Positions 26,001 through 39,609 are shown, counted from the stretch's first letter. The stretch is DNA of 64,000 nt from Mobula hypostoma (GCF_963921235.1 NC_086097.1:6200001-6264000), one strand, 5' to 3'. The notes: generated by a model not told the origin, from the letters alone. Numbers and translations are program-made.

Positions 26001-28904
26001 TCCGTGCTTAGCTATAATCTCTGACACAATATAGAATACATAGATATAGATTAATATAGAAATATGCATGTACAATGTACTACAGCATATAATAATCAGA
26101 ATCAGGCTTATTATCATCGACATATGACGTGAAATTTATTAACTTAGCAGCAGCAGTTCAATGTAATACATAATCTAGAAGTGAAAAAAATAATAAATAA
26201 ACAAGTAAATCAAACTTGCAAAAAACAGAAATAGTGTATATTAAAAAAAACAATTGCTATATAGGCACCCACAGCAGAGTAAACTTTAAATTGTCCCATT
26301 CAGGCTTAAAATTTAATCACTGTGGAAGATTTCTTGCTCTTGTGGATAACATCTGTCCTGACAAGGGGGGGTCACTCTGTTTGACAGGTGAAACTTGTGG
26401 CTGTGAAACAATCTCAAGTTCTGGGACCTCCTTCATAGTGGTTGTAGGAGTTGACTCTGGGCCTACAGGAATTGGTCCTGACAGCTCCAGACAGCTTTCT
26501 TCTCTAACAATTGACTCTATTTTCCTCAACTCTTCGATGTGTTGTCCCAGATGATATCAGGTGCAATCTCCAATGTGGAGGAAAATGGTCCAGTTCTGTC
26601 CTCAACTTTTTGGTGTACCCACTTTTGATCACCCCTGTAGTCCCTCACCAGGACAGCTTGGCCAAGAGCGAAATACTGAACCTCCTTGTTTGAGGAGCAT
26701 TCAAATTTGTATCGGCTGTATGTACTGCATACTTCTGAGAATGGCATTGAGGAGTTCCAGCTGTGATTGCAAGGGATGATCCAGGAACAACATTGGTGAT
26801 GAGTTGTTGGCTGTGGAGTGTGTTCCATTGCAATATGCAAGGAGGAAATTGGCAAGCTTCTAATTCAGTATCAGTGTAGTGCGTTCTGCTGACATTATTC
26901 ACAGGAGCATTCTTTGGACTCTGGACAAATCTTTCTGCTAAACTATTTATAGCTGGGCGGTACAATGCAGATGTAAAATGTCTTATTCCATTTATTTTCA
27001 GGAATATCTCAAACTGTTTGGCAATAAACTGTCGCTAGCTAAGTGTTCTGGAACACCAGAGCTTGGGATGAGGCTTCTCAATACATCAACAGAGCGTGAA
27101 GTTGCAGTGAAGGCTATTGGGAAACATTCTCACCAATTTGTAGCTGCTTCCACCACTACCAAGAAATTTATGCCGTGAATGGTCTGGCAAAATCCACATG
27201 AATCCTTTGCTAGGGCAATGAAGGCCAGTTTCCAGGGATGAAAAGGCACTGCTCTTGGTATCTTAAGAATGTGTTGGCATCCTGAACGGTTCACGCAAGT
27301 TGTTCAATCTGCTAATCTATCCCAAGGCCACCATGCAAAACTTTGAGCCAACGTTTACACTTTCACCATGCCTAGATAACTGGCATGCAGCTCCTCCAAC
27401 TCCTTAGCTCTCAGCTTGGATAGCACAGCAACTCTCAATCCCCACATAAGGCAACTTCCATCAAGGGCAAGTTCACCCCGACTTGGTAAAACTGAGGGAC
27501 TGGAGTTCATGATGCACACTTCAGTCATTTTGGATGACCATGTAGACCTGAGACAGTGTGGTGTCTTTTCTGGTTTCCCTTTGGATCACCTCTGCCATAA
27601 TGGGGAGGTTTTCAATTTGCATTGTGGAGAATATGTCAAGAGGAGCATCCCTTTTAGTAAATTTTTCAAGTATTTCTTTTTCCAGGGGTAGATGGGACAA
27701 TCCATCGGCATTCCCATGATTAGTTATCTTCTTGAATTTGATCTCATAGTTATGTCCTCCAAGAAATAAAGCCCATCTCTGCATTCGTGCTGCTGCTATT
27801 AATGGAAAATCCTTCAGTAGACTGAAAATGGAGACAAGTGGTTGATGATCAGTAACCAGAGTAAACTCTCTTCTTACAAGCACTGGTTGAAACATTTTAC
27901 ATTCCAAACCAGACTCAAGGCCAATCTGTCAATCTGTCTGTATTTTCCTCGGCAGCGGAAGCAAACGTGATACAAAGTCTATGGGTGTTCACTTGCATCA
28001 CTCATAACAGTGTGACATGACTGCACCTATCCCATCAGGCGAGACAACACAGGCAAGCTTCACTGGATGATGTGGGTCATAATGTGTGAGCACTGTGACT
28101 GATGTATCCATTTTCTTTGTCTTCTGGAAAGCCACCTCAGACTTCTTTGTCCATTTTCATTTCTTCCCGATCTGTCGTAATGAGTTCAAGGAGAGGAGCA
28201 CAGTGGCCAAGTTGAGCAGGAACCTGTTATAATAATTGACAAATCCTAAAAAGTACTGCAACTGTGACAAATCTTTTGGCCTTGTGGCATCCACCACTGC
28301 TTGAATTTTCTCAGCACACTCTTGTAATCCTATGTGTCGATGGTGTGACCACAGTAAGTGATGTCCGCATTAAAGAATATTACATTTTGGTCTGAGCCCA
28401 TAACCTTCCAAACTTTTTAACACTGTATTGAGCTTTTGGAGATGTTCCTTGTCATCCTTACCAGTAACAATTATCTCATCCATGTAAGATGGAGTGCCTG
28501 GTGATCCTTGCAGCACCTGGCCCATAGCTCTCTGACACAGTGCTGGTGCAGATGCTACTCTAACGATAAGCCTATTATATTGATATATTGATGATCACAT
28601 ATATTGATATGTGAGTGCTTATGGTGAGAAACACTTTGGACTTTTCTTCCATCTCCACCTGTAGGTGGGCCTCAACTTTGCTGAAATGTTTTCCTCCAGA
28701 GAGAGATCCTCTAAGCTGGGCAAATGGTATTGATCTACTCTCAGTACTCGGTACTCTTCTTGGCTACTGGTGACATTAAAATCACTAGAGACCAATTCTT
28801 CTTGGCTACTGGAACCACTGGTATTGCCCAGGGGCTCCACTCAACCTTGGAAAGAATTCTTTCAATCTCCATGCGATCTAGCTCACTGATTATTTATCAT
28901 GGAT

Positions 28905-30295
28905 GGAAAACCTACAGCACAATACAGGCCCTTTGGCCCACAATGCTGTACTGAACATGTACTTAATTTAGAGATTATCTAGGATTACCCTTAGCCCTCT
29001 ATTTTCCTAAGTGCCATGTACCTATCCAGGAGCCTCTTAAAAGACCTTATCACATCTGCCTCCACCACTGTCACCGGCAGCCCATTCAACGTACTCACCA
29101 CTCCCTGCGTAAAAAACTTATCCCTGATGTCCCATCTGTACCTACTTCCAAGTACCTTAAAACTGTGCCCTCTCGTGCTAGCCATTTCAGCCCTCGGAAA
29201 AAGTCTCTGACTATCCACATGATCAATGCCTTTCATCATCTTGTACATTTTTATCAGTTCACCTCTCATCCTTCGTCGCTCCAAGGAGAAAAGGCTGAGT
29301 TCATCTAACCTATTCTCATAAGGCATGCTTTCCAAACCAGGCAACATCCTTGTAAATCTCCTCTGCACCCTTTCTATAGTTTCCACATCTTTCCTGTAGT
29401 GAGATGACCAGAACTAAGCACAGTACACCAAGTGGGGTCTGACCAGGGTCAAGTCAAGTCAAGTCAAATTTATTTATATGGCACATTTAAAAACAACCCA
29501 TCTTGACCAACGTGTTGTACAGATCAGAGCAAAATACAAGACATAACCAACAAGGCAAACAGCTTATAGGCACAAAAGAAACAACACAAGAGCCTAGGCA
29601 CAAGCCAAAAATCAGCCACATCAGGGGGATTCAAACACTAGTGAATAAGAGTAAGTTTTAAGCCTGGATTTAAAAGCGTTGATAGAGGGGGGAGATCTGA
29701 TAGGGAGGGGAATGCTGTTCCACAGTCTAGGGGCTACAATAACAAAGGCGCGGTCAACCCTGAGCTTAAGTTTAGATTGTGGGACAGCCAGGAGCCCTGA
29801 GTCAGCTGACCTGAGGGACCTGGAAGTAGAATAAAGGGTTAGAAGGTCTGTGATAGAAGGGGGGGCAGCCCACTTAGGACTTTATAAACAAACAAGAGAA
29901 TCTTAAAATCAATTCTGAACCGTACTGGTAACCAGTGGAGGGAGGCCAGGATAGGGTCCTATATAGCTGTAACATTACATCTCAGCTCTTGAACTCAATC
30001 CCATGGTTGATGAAGGCCAATGCACTGTATGCCACCTTAACCACACAGTCAACCTGTGCAGTAGCTTTGCGTGTCCTATGGACACAGGTCCCAAGATCCC
30101 TCTGATCCTCCACACAGCCAAGAGTCTTACCATTAATACGATATTCTGCCATCATATTTGACCAACCAAAATGAACCACTTCACACTTATCCGGGTTGAA
30201 CTCCATCTGCCACTTCTCAGCCCAATTTTGCACCCTATTGATGTCCTGTTGTAATCTCTGACAACCCTCCACACTATCCACAAAACCCCCAAAAG
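28905..30295 (-). mobile_element. CR1 LINE 3' fragment nested in Gypsy and interrupted by L2
   Basis: ORFs 28991..29386 and 29982..30302 are consecutive CR1 ORF2 C-terminal segments. Confidence 0.88.
29451..29952 (-). mobile_element. L2-clade LINE 3' fragment
   Basis: Minus strand encodes ILASLHWLPVRFRIDFKILLFVYK...APRLWNSIP...FKSRLKT; (TTGAC)n tail; 6-bp TSD AGGGTC at 29445-29450 and 29953-29958. Confidence 0.85.
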
Positions 30296-30378
30296 AGTTC
30301 ACAATGATCCAGAAACCTGGATCCCTGCCCCCTGCTCCAATCCCTCAGCCATGCATTTATCTTCCACCTCACTGTATT

Positions 30379-32097
30379 ACATAGAAACATAGAAACATAG
30401 AAAATAGGTGCAGGAGTAGGCCATTCGGCACTTCGAACCTGCACCGCCATTTATTATGATCATGGCTGATCATCCAACTCAGAACCCTGCACCAGCCTTC
30501 CCTCCATACCCCCTGATCCCCGTAGCCACAAGGGCCATATCTAACTCCCTCTTAAATATAGCCAATGAACTGGCCTCAACTGTTTCCTGTGGCAGAGAAT
30601 TCCACAGATTCACCACTCTCTGTGTGAAGAAGATTTTCCTAATCTCGGTTCTAAAAGGCTTCCCCTTTATCCTCAAACTGTGACCCCTCATTCTGGACTT
30701 CCCCAACATCGGGAGCAATCTTCCTGCATCTAGCTTGTCCAATCCCTTTAGGATTTTATATGTTTCAATCAGATCCCCCCTCAATCTTCTAAATTCCAAC
30801 GAGTACAAGCCCAGTTCATCCAGTCTTTCTTCAGATGAAAGCCCTGCCATCTCAGGAATCAATCTGGTGAACCTTCTTTGTACTCCCTCTATGGCAAGGA
30901 TGTCTTTCCTCAGATTAGGGGACCAAAACTGCACACAATACTCCAGGTGTGGTCTCAGCAAGGCCTTGTACAACTGCAGTAGTACCTCCCTGCTCCTGTA
31001 CTCGAATCCTCTCGCTATAAGTGCCAGCATACCATTTGCCTTTTTCACCGCCTGCTGTACCTGCATGCCCACTTTCAATGACTGGTGTATAATGACACCC
31101 AGGTCTCGTTGCACCTCCCCTTTTCCTAATCGGCCACCATTCAGATAATAATCTGTTTTCCTATTTTTGCCACCAAAGTGGATAACTTCACATTTATCCA
31201 CATTAAATTGCATCTGCCATGAATTTGCCCATTCACCCAACCTATCCAAGTTACCCTGCATCCTCTTAGCATCCTCTTCACAGCTAACACTGCCGCCCAG
31301 CTTCGTGTCATCCGCAAACTTGGAGATGCTGCATTTAATTCCCTCACCTAAGTCATTAATATATATTGTAAACAACTGGGGTCCCAGCACTGAGCCTTGC
31401 GGTACCCCACTAGTCACTGCCTGCCATTCTGAAAAGGTCCCGTTTATTCCCACTCTTTGCTTCCTGTCTGCTAACCAATTCTCTATCCACATCAATACCT
31501 TACCCCCAATACCGTGTGCTTTAAGTTTGCACACTAATCTCCTGTGTGGGACCTTGTCAAAAGCCTTTTGAAAATCCAAATATACCACATCCACTGGTTC
31601 TCCCCTATCCACTCTACTAGTTACATCCTCAAAAAATTCTATCAGATTCATCAGACATGATTTTCCTTTCACAAATCCATGCTGACTTTGTCCGATGATT
31701 TCACCGCTTTCCAAATGTGCTGTTATCACATCTTTGATAACTGACTCCAGCAGCTTCCCCACCACTGACGTTAGGCTAACCGGTCTATAATTCCCTGGTT
31801 TCTCTCTCCCTCCTTTTTTAAAAAGTGGGGTTACATTAGCCACCCTCCAATCCTCAGGAACTAGTCCAGAATCTAACGAGTTTTGAAAAATTATCACTAA
31901 TGCATCCACTATTTCTTGGGCTACTTCCTTAAGCACTCTGAGATGCAGACCATCTGGCCCTGGGGATTTATCTGCCTTTAATCCCTTCAATTTACCCAAC
32001 ACCACTTCCCTACGAACATGTATTTCGCTCAGTTCCTCCATCTCACTGGACCCTCTGTCCCCTACTATTTCTGGAAGATTATTTATGTCCTCCTTAG
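30379..32097 (-). mobile_element. Young 5'-truncated CR1 LINE with uninterrupted RT domain (ORF 30479..32041, 520 aa)
   Basis: KSPGPDG, GNYRPVSLTS, YLDFQKAFD, GVPQGSVLGP, KFADDTK, no stops; (TTTCTATG)n tail at ~30379-30402. Confidence 0.95.
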
Positions 32098-33270
32098 TTT
32101 CTATATATTCCTATACTCACTGTCGTGTGGCACAATCCCAAGATCACTACCTCTGAGGTTCTGCTTTTCAACTTCCTTCCTAACTCCCTGTAGTCTGTTT
32201 TCAGTATCTCCTTCCTTTTCTAACCTATATCGTCGGTACCAATACGTACCATGACTCTGGCTGTTCACCTTCCCATATCAGGATGTTGTGAACGCAATTA
32301 GAAGCATCCCAGACCCTGCCACTTGGGATGCATTCTATCATCTGTGTTCCATTCTTGCGTCCACAGAATCGCCTGTCTGACCTTCTAACTATAGACACCA
32401 TATCACTGCCGCCATCGTCTTCCTTTCCCTGCCCTTCTGAGCCACAGGGCCAGACTCGGTGCCAGAGGCACGGGTACTGTTGCATCCCCTAGGTAGGTTG
32501 TCCCCACCAACAGTACTCAAACAGGGGCACTTATTGTTAAGGGGGACAGCCACAGGGGTACTCTCTGGTATCTGACTCTTGCCCTTCCCTCTCCTGACTG
32601 TCACCCACTCGTCTGTCTCCCGAGGCCCCGGTGTGACTACTTGCCTATAGCTCCTCTTTATCACCTCCTCACTTTCCCTGACCAGACCCAAAAGGTCATT
32701 GAGCTGCATCTCCAATTCCCTCACCCAGTCCCTGAAGAACTGCATCTCGACGTACCTGGTGCAGATGTGGCTGTCCGGGAGGCTCTCAGCCTCCTGGACA
32801 TCCCACATCCAACAACCAGTACAGAACACCGGCCTCACAGATATTCTTCCTATTCCTATTCTTCACAAGTAAATTACCTTGCCTCGACCTGTTATCGCTG
32901 AAGCCCCGTTGAGCCAAAGCCCTCCTACTCTGACTCCCTCAACTCCAACATCTGCTCCTCCAACACCCGCTCTATAAACATACATCAAAGTTGCTGGTGA
33001 ATGCAGCAGGCCAGGCAGCATCTATAGGAAGAGGCACAGTCGACGTTTCAGGCCGAGACCCACGAAGGGTCTCGGCCTGAAACGTCGACTGCGCCTCTTC
33101 CTATAGATGCTGCCTGGCCTGCTGCGTTCACCAGCAACTTTGATGTATGTTGCTTGAATTTCCAGCATCTGCAGAATTCCTGTTGTTGTACCCGCTCTAT
33201 AAAGCTGACTTCTCTTTATTCTCTTCCTGCCGATCTAACTGGCTGATGTCCATGCTTCTGCGTGGTCGTT
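32098..33270 (-). mobile_element. CR1 5' UTR and ORF1 remnant (continues at ~30300-30378)
   Basis: ORF 32389..32838 CTGCWMW...HICTRY...RVRELE...PVAVPLNNK; homologous to ORF1 at ~18200-19070 and ~62490-63400. Confidence 0.82.
32979..33189. mobile_element. Penelope pLTR hairpin insertion with 14-bp TSD
   Basis: Inverted arms 32977-33061 and 33067-33151 (83/85 complementary); TSD ACCCGCTCTATAAA at 32965-32978 and 33190-33203. Confidence 0.92.
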
Positions 33271-34122
33271 TCTCAATCAAAAATGGTATAAGGCACTGGG
33301 TGGGTGTTGCAAAATGTGGGTGTGGCATTTTCATTGAAGACTATTTTACCCTTGATATGTTCAAGTTTTCCAATGCCATCTTTGAATACTACTGTAGCAT
33401 CATCCAGTCCCTTTCTTAATTCAACTTCAGTTGAATCTGTTGCAGAGAATGTGACATGCAAATGGTGGATGGATCGCCAATCAAGTTGTAGTTGTCTCAG
33501 TGGATCACCATCTGCACAATGCTGGCCCTCCTGTTTTTACCACATACATCTGTGTTTTTACACATGGAAATTGTTATATTTCACTGCTACAAATGCCATT
33601 CTCAGAGGAGTTATTTTTTCTCCAGAATTATTTCATAGATGGATATCTGAAGTATTTCAGTATTTTTGAAATATAGTTAAAACTCGTTTTGTGTAATGAC
33701 CGAAACAGCTGAGCCAGTGTCCAATTCTACTTTAATTAATATACCGTTCACTTCTGGTGTAAGCCATTTTGCTAGTTATGAACATCGATTTCTCAAACTT
33801 CAGATAATGCCCCCCCCCGCCCCACCATTCCCCATCACCTTATCTCTCTCCCAAATTATCTCGCCTGCCCATCACCTCCCTCTGGTGATCCTTCTCCTTT
33901 TCTGTCTTTCATGGCCTTCTCTCCTCTCCAATTAGATTCTCCTCTCTCCAGCCCTCTATCTCTTCCATCGATCAACTTCCCAGCTCATTACTTCACACCT
34001 CCCACTCCTGATTTCACCTATCAGCTTGTGTTTCTCCCCCACTCCCCTTCATATTTTACCTCTGATTCCTCATCTTTTTTTCTTCAGTCCTGGCGAAGTG
34101 TCTCAGCCTGAAACGTCAACTA

Positions 34123-35873
34123 TAGTTGGACTGCCATAGTTGGATGCATCAGCAGGGGAGATGAGGTTGAGTACAGGGCTACGGTAGAAAACTTTGTCAC
34201 ATGGTGTGAGCAGAACTGTCTGCAGCCTAATGTGCAAAAGACTAAGGAGCTGGCGGTAGACCTGAGGAGAGCCAAGGTACCGGTGACCCCTGTTTCCATC
34301 CAACGGGTCAGTGTGGACATGGTGGAGGATTACAAATACCTGGGGATACGAATTGACAATAAGCTGGACTGGTCAAAGAACACTGAGGCTGTCTACAAGA
34401 AGGGTTAGAGCCGTCTCTATTTCCTGAGGAGACTGAGGTCCTTTAACATCTGCCGGACGATGCTGAGGATGTTCTACGAGTCTGTGGTGGCCAGTGCGAT
34501 CATGTTTTCTGTTGTGTGCTGGGGAAGCAGGCTGAGGGTAGTAGACACCAACAGGATCAACAAACTTATTCGTATGGCCAGTGATGATTTGGAGATGGAA
34601 CTGGACTCTCTCACGGTGGTGTCTGAAAAGAGGATGCTGTCTAAGTTGCATGCCATCTTGAACAATGTCTCCCATCCACTACATAATGTACTGGTTGAGC
34701 ACAGAAGTACATTCAGCCAGAGACTCATTCCACCGAGATGCAACACAGAGCGTCTTAGGAAGCCATTCCTGCCTGTGGCCATCAAACTTTACAACTCCTC
34801 CCTTGGAGAGTCAGACACCCTGAGCCAATAGGCTAGTTCTGGACTTATTTCCTAGCATAATTTACATATTACTATTGTGACAACAGACCAAATTATCAGA
34901 AGATTGATGCTGATAAGAGGACAATGGGGGAACATTCAAAATGCTAATAAGAGAGAGACGAGAGAGATGACCGAAAGGAGACACAGTTCCGAGTATTGTC
35001 AGAGACCGGTTGCTTTGAACCCGAACTGTTTGAAGTTTGATGGACAGGCGATACCCCAACAGGGGGATTAAAGGAACAGGTTCGCTAAGGCAAGATACAC
35101 ACGACACCACGAGGTAACGAGATCCTAGAAGCGGTGTGCCCCCACAAGTTTGTGCGAGTTTTGGAGGTCTGGTCGCGGGACCAACCATAGACGCACAGGG
35201 TGGAAAGGTGCGGTCGGGCGGGAACCCGGTGTGTGTGTCCGCCCTTGCCTGGGTGCCGGGTTCACCGCAGAAGAACGATCGTATCTGGAACGGAGGGGTC
35301 ACAGTCGGTGACCTCAGAAGACATCACAAAGGGCTCGCCCGAAAGCTAACTGCGAGGAATATCGAAGGTCTGTTTGGAATTGATCATAATAAATGGCGGT
35401 GCAGGCTCGAAGGGCCGAATGGCCTACTCCTGCACCTATTTTCTGTGTTTCTATGTTTCTATGTTTCTATGTTTCTCTCTCTCTCCCCAACGGCACGACG
35501 ATGATTACTGCGAACTGAAACTGAACTGAACTCTGTGTCACTTGTGACTGATCATTTTACCCCTAGACTGCGATAGAGCTTGATTGATCCTATTATCATA
35601 GTTCCGTGTACATCTGTGTTTATTCATTGCTAACCTGTTGCATTTATATCCTTACATTTAGAGTACGGTGTTACTTATTTCTTTAATAAAACTTTCTTAG
35701 TTCCAGTAATCCAGACTCCAACTAAGTGGTCCATTTCTGCTGGTTTGGCAACCCAGTTACGGGGTACGTAATACTATTTAATTATTTATGGTTTTATTAC
35801 CATTTAATTATTTATGGTGCAACTGTAACGAAAACCAATTTCTCCCGGGATCAATAAAGTATGACTATGACTA
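34123..35873 (+). mobile_element. Rex1/Babar LINE 3' fragment
   Basis: LQPNVQKTKEL, YKYLG, LYFLRRL, ORF 34460..34831 near-identical to ORF 153..524; (CTATGA)n tail ~35860-35873. Confidence 0.88.
34876..35773 (+). mobile_element. Solo LTR in the Rex1 3' UTR, containing a ~95-bp CR1 3' tail (~35380-35474)
   Basis: TGTGAC...GTAATA ends, 4-bp TSD CTAT (34872-34875, 35774-35777), AATAAA ~35685; absent from the sister Rex1 3' UTR at 1-150. Confidence 0.8.
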
Positions 35874-36534
35874 CTCTTTTTCACTTATGCTGCCTGGCCT
35901 GCTGAGTTCCCCCAGCATTTTCTGTGTGTTGCTTGGATTTTCAGCATCTGCAGATTTTCTCTTGTTTGTTGTTTGTTTCTTGTTAGTCTTGAAAACGTAA
36001 ATCCCAAGACTACCTAGTCCTATGTCACTCCCATCATTATCAGGTTTTTCATCCTCAGCATGATTATTATTGCTCTTTTTCAAACTGCAACTTAATTTTT
36101 TATCTTTTTTGTTTCTTTGTGTAGCTACTTAATTTGTCTGACCAACATGCTCATTGTAAGTGTCCTACTTTGTTGTATTTTCTGTAAGTTTTGCCTTTAA
36201 ATCTGCATTGGTCTAGTGTATGTGAACCCCTGCCACAACAGGAGCACAATAATTTGTTCAGACAGGATGGTTTCTATTCACACGTTACAGTCTTGTTTAT
36301 GCTCACTTTCATTCCTGACTGCAACTCAATTCAGGATCTGTCTGCTGTTTCAATTGACACAGCCATTTCAGTTGTTCTTTTAAACGTTTTGCTTCATTTA
36401 GAGCTGTTTTTGAATGCTTTCTGGTAAGATTCCACAAAATAAATGATTTCTCAGTGCATCATTAAGCCCATTATTTAACTGACAGTGCTCAGAGACAATA
36501 TCTTGAATTCAGCCACTTAAGCTGAAATAGAGTC

Positions 36535-38010
36535 CTATAAGACCATAAGACATAGGAACAGAATTAGGCCACTCAGCCCATCGAATCTGCTCCACCATAC
36601 CATCATGGCTGATCCCAGATCCCACCCAATCCCATATAACTGCCTTCTTGCCATATCCTTTGATACCCTGACTGATCAGGAAACGATAACTTCTACCTCA
36701 AGTACACCCATGGACTTGGCAAACACCGCAGACTGTGGCAGAACATTTCACAGATTAACAACTCTCTGGCTAAAATAATTCCTCTTTATCTCCATTCCAA
36801 AGGGTCACCCCTCAATTTTGAGGCTGTGCCCTTTAGTTCTGGTTATCCTCTCCATAGGAAATATCCTCTTCACATCCACCCGATCTAGTCCTTTCAACAT
36901 TCAGCAGGTTTTAATGAGATCCCCACACATTCTTCTAAGTTCCAGTGAGTACAATGCCAAAGCTGCCAAATGCTCCTCAGATGTTAACCCCTTCATTTCT
37001 GAAATCATTTTTATGAACCTCCTCTGAATTCTCTGCAATGATAATACATCCGTTCTGAGATATGGGACCTAGAACCGTTGTCAATACTGCAAGTGTGGCC
37101 TGACTAGTGTCTTATAAATGCATAGTATTATTTCCTTGCTTTAATATTCTATTCCCCTTGGAATAAATGACAACATTGTATTTGCCATTTTTGCCACAGA
37201 CTCAACCTGTAAATTAACCTTCTGGGAATCTTGCATGCAGATTCCTAAGTTCATCTGCACCTCTGATGTTTGAACCTTTTCCCCATTTAAATAATAGTCC
37301 ACTCTATTATTCCTTTTATCAAAACACATTATCATACATTTCCCAACACTGTATTCCATCTGTCACTTTTTTGTCCATTCTCTAAGTCCTCCTGAAATCG
37401 TATTGCTTCCTCAGTACTACCTATCCCTCCACCTATCTTTGTTTGTCAATAATTTAGATGATGGAATGGATGGCTTTGTGGCAAAGTTTGTGGATGGCAC
37501 AAAGATAGCTGGAGTGAAAAGTAGCAGTTCCAATACTGGCCTCTGGGAACACCACTAGTCACCGGCAGCCAACCAGAAAAGGCTCCTTTTATTCCCACTT
37601 GCTGCCTGTCAGCCATTCCTCTGTCCATGCCAGTAACTTTCCTGTAACGCCATAGGATTTTATCTTGTTAAGCAGCCTCATGTGTGGCACCTTATTAAAT
37701 GCCTTCTGAAAATCCAATTAAGTGACATCCACTGCCTCTCCTTTGTCCACTTGCTTGTTATTTCCTTGAAGAACTCTAAGAGATTTGTCAGGCAAGATCT
37801 CCCTTTACAGAAACTGTGCTGACTTTGACTTATTTTATCATTAGTCTCCAAGTACCCCAAAAACTCATCCTTAATAACAGACTCCAGCACTTTCCCAACC
37901 ACTGAGATTAAGCTAACTGGCCTATAATTTAATTTCTTTTACCGTCCTTCCTTCTTAAAGAGTGGAGTGATACTTGCAATCATTCAGTTCTCTGGGACCA
38001 TGCCAGAATC
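36535..38010 (-). mobile_element. CR1 LINE ORF2 3' part, decayed, with a small internal inversion (~37445-37510)
   Basis: ORFs 37678..37902, 37446..37628 and 37141..37359 match the CR1 subfamily at 17841-22046. Confidence 0.85.
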
Positions 38011-39609
38011 AGACGGGAGAAGGAAGAAAACTCTCCCTGCCATGCCCGACCACAGTCCGACTCTGAGTCGTCCGAAAACTTCGAGCCTCCGACCAGCCCT
38101 CTGACACCGAGCACCGAGCACCATCTCTGCCGAGCGCTTTGACCCCAGCCCCAGCCACCAGCAACAGGCAAAGCCGAGGATTTGGGGCCTTCCCTCTGGA
38201 GATTCTCGATCACACAGTAGCAGCGGCAGCGAACCAGGCATTTCAGAAGTTTTTCCAGATGTTCCTCCGTGCTTCTCATGACTGTCTCTATCAAATCAGA
38301 ATTGTACATGGCCCCTATTTAACAAATACGATATGACGTAGCAGTGTAATGATGTATGCCATTCACATACTTTTACATATAACCTGCAATGGATTATGCT
38401 AACTTCAAAGAACGTCTAATCAAACAATATATATACAATGTTACTCAAATATTAATGAAATAATAGATACACAGCACTAGCCTTTCCAGGATCGAGGTCA
38501 GTTTCAAAAGGTGAAGTCTCAGAAAGGTGGTATCTATCATTAAGGATCTCCATCACCCAGGACATACTCTCTTCTCATTGCAACCATCAAGGAGGAGGTA
38601 CATGAGCCTGAAGACACACACTCAACATTTTAGGAACAGCTTCTTCCCTTCCACTATCAGATGTCTGAATTGACAATGAACTTATGAACACTATTTCACT
38701 ATTTTCCCTCTGTTCTTGCTATACATCTTTAGTCAACATACAGTTTAAATATATTTTTATTCTAATGTGCAGCTTTTATTAATATTATGTGTTGCTGCCA
38801 GAAAACAACACATTTCGTGACAGTGATATTAAACCTGACTCTAATTCTGAAAAGCTTTAATTTGTCCACCATCCAGTCAAATCAAGCCATAAATAACTAG
38901 ATCAAGGTAGTTAGAAAAACAAAATGTGGAGAAAGTGTGGCATTGATCGGAGAGGCAGAGGTGTAACCAGGAATGGATTAGGTATCAAGAAGATCGAAGC
39001 AGAAGCTGAAATAAAGGGAGCATATCTTGGTAATGAAATTTTATCTCACTCGCAATTTGTCTTGTCAATGACTGAAGAAATTAGAAAGAGGCAGTATTGG
39101 GCTTGCAAACTGGACTAACAGTGGACAAGCACAATTTAAGCAGGAATGTACAGATAAATTGAAGCAGTGATTAACATGATCGATTTTCTTTGGGATGCAG
39201 ACATTGATATTCCAGAGTAATCAACGTCAAATTTATTTTCGTGATTAGAACCATTTCTCAAACAGTAAATGAAAGGCTTATTTAATAATGCATCACTGCG
39301 ATGGAAATGATATTGTTATTCACATTACAAATAAAAAATGCTAACCTATTTTGAAACAAAAGAATCTTCTGACGTTCCCATGATCTTCCTGTCCTCAGTT
39401 GCTGGATTCAGCTTTTGCCTTTCACACATTCATTGGTATTGAATTCACAAGGAGTGACAGTCACAGTGTTAGGCACCATGGAAGAAGGTCCTTCAGCCCA
39501 GATTATCCAGACAATCACAAAAGCCTATAAAGGCTACAATACTTGTCACTAAGGGTTGCCATGTCAGTTTGAAATCCATCATCTTCAAACCTGTTCTCTT
39601 CAAAACTGT

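Larger units (their letters stand above)
33772..35975 (+). mobile_element. Penelope 3' fragment (33772-34122 + 35874-35975) split by Rex1
   Basis: Hammerhead CAGTC-CTGGCGA..GAAACGTC-AACT at 34085-34121; family tail resumes at 35874. Confidence 0.8.
25760..38476 (-). mobile_element. Gypsy (Mag-like) LTR retrotransposon, decayed and heavily interrupted
   Basis: 3' LTR 25760-25996 preceded on minus by purine tract GGAGGAG; partial 5' LTR ~38335-38476; TG..CA ends; 5-bp TSD CTAGC (25755-25759, 38477-38481); RNase H-region FTLVTDHQPL/AARMQRWALFL/HGNADGLS (27521..27907), integrase-region NSLAERFVQ (~26900), RT and protease remnants ~28300-28890 and 33270-33770, gag remnant ~36000-36500. Confidence 0.9.
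25450..38850 (+). mobile_element. Rex1/Babar-type LINE 3' fragment split by the Gypsy insertion (25450-25759 and 38477-38850)
   Basis: FKFLGV..FYRCSVESILTGCI motifs before the insertion; HHPGH..LFS..PSRRRY..FRNSFFP and (TTCTGA)-type tail after it; rejoins at the CTAGC TSD. Confidence 0.8.

Noticed and set aside
30479..32041. Domesticated RT gene or active autonomous element
   Set aside because: 5'-truncated CR1 lacking endonuclease and its own ORF1, with a standard tail; youth explains the open frame.
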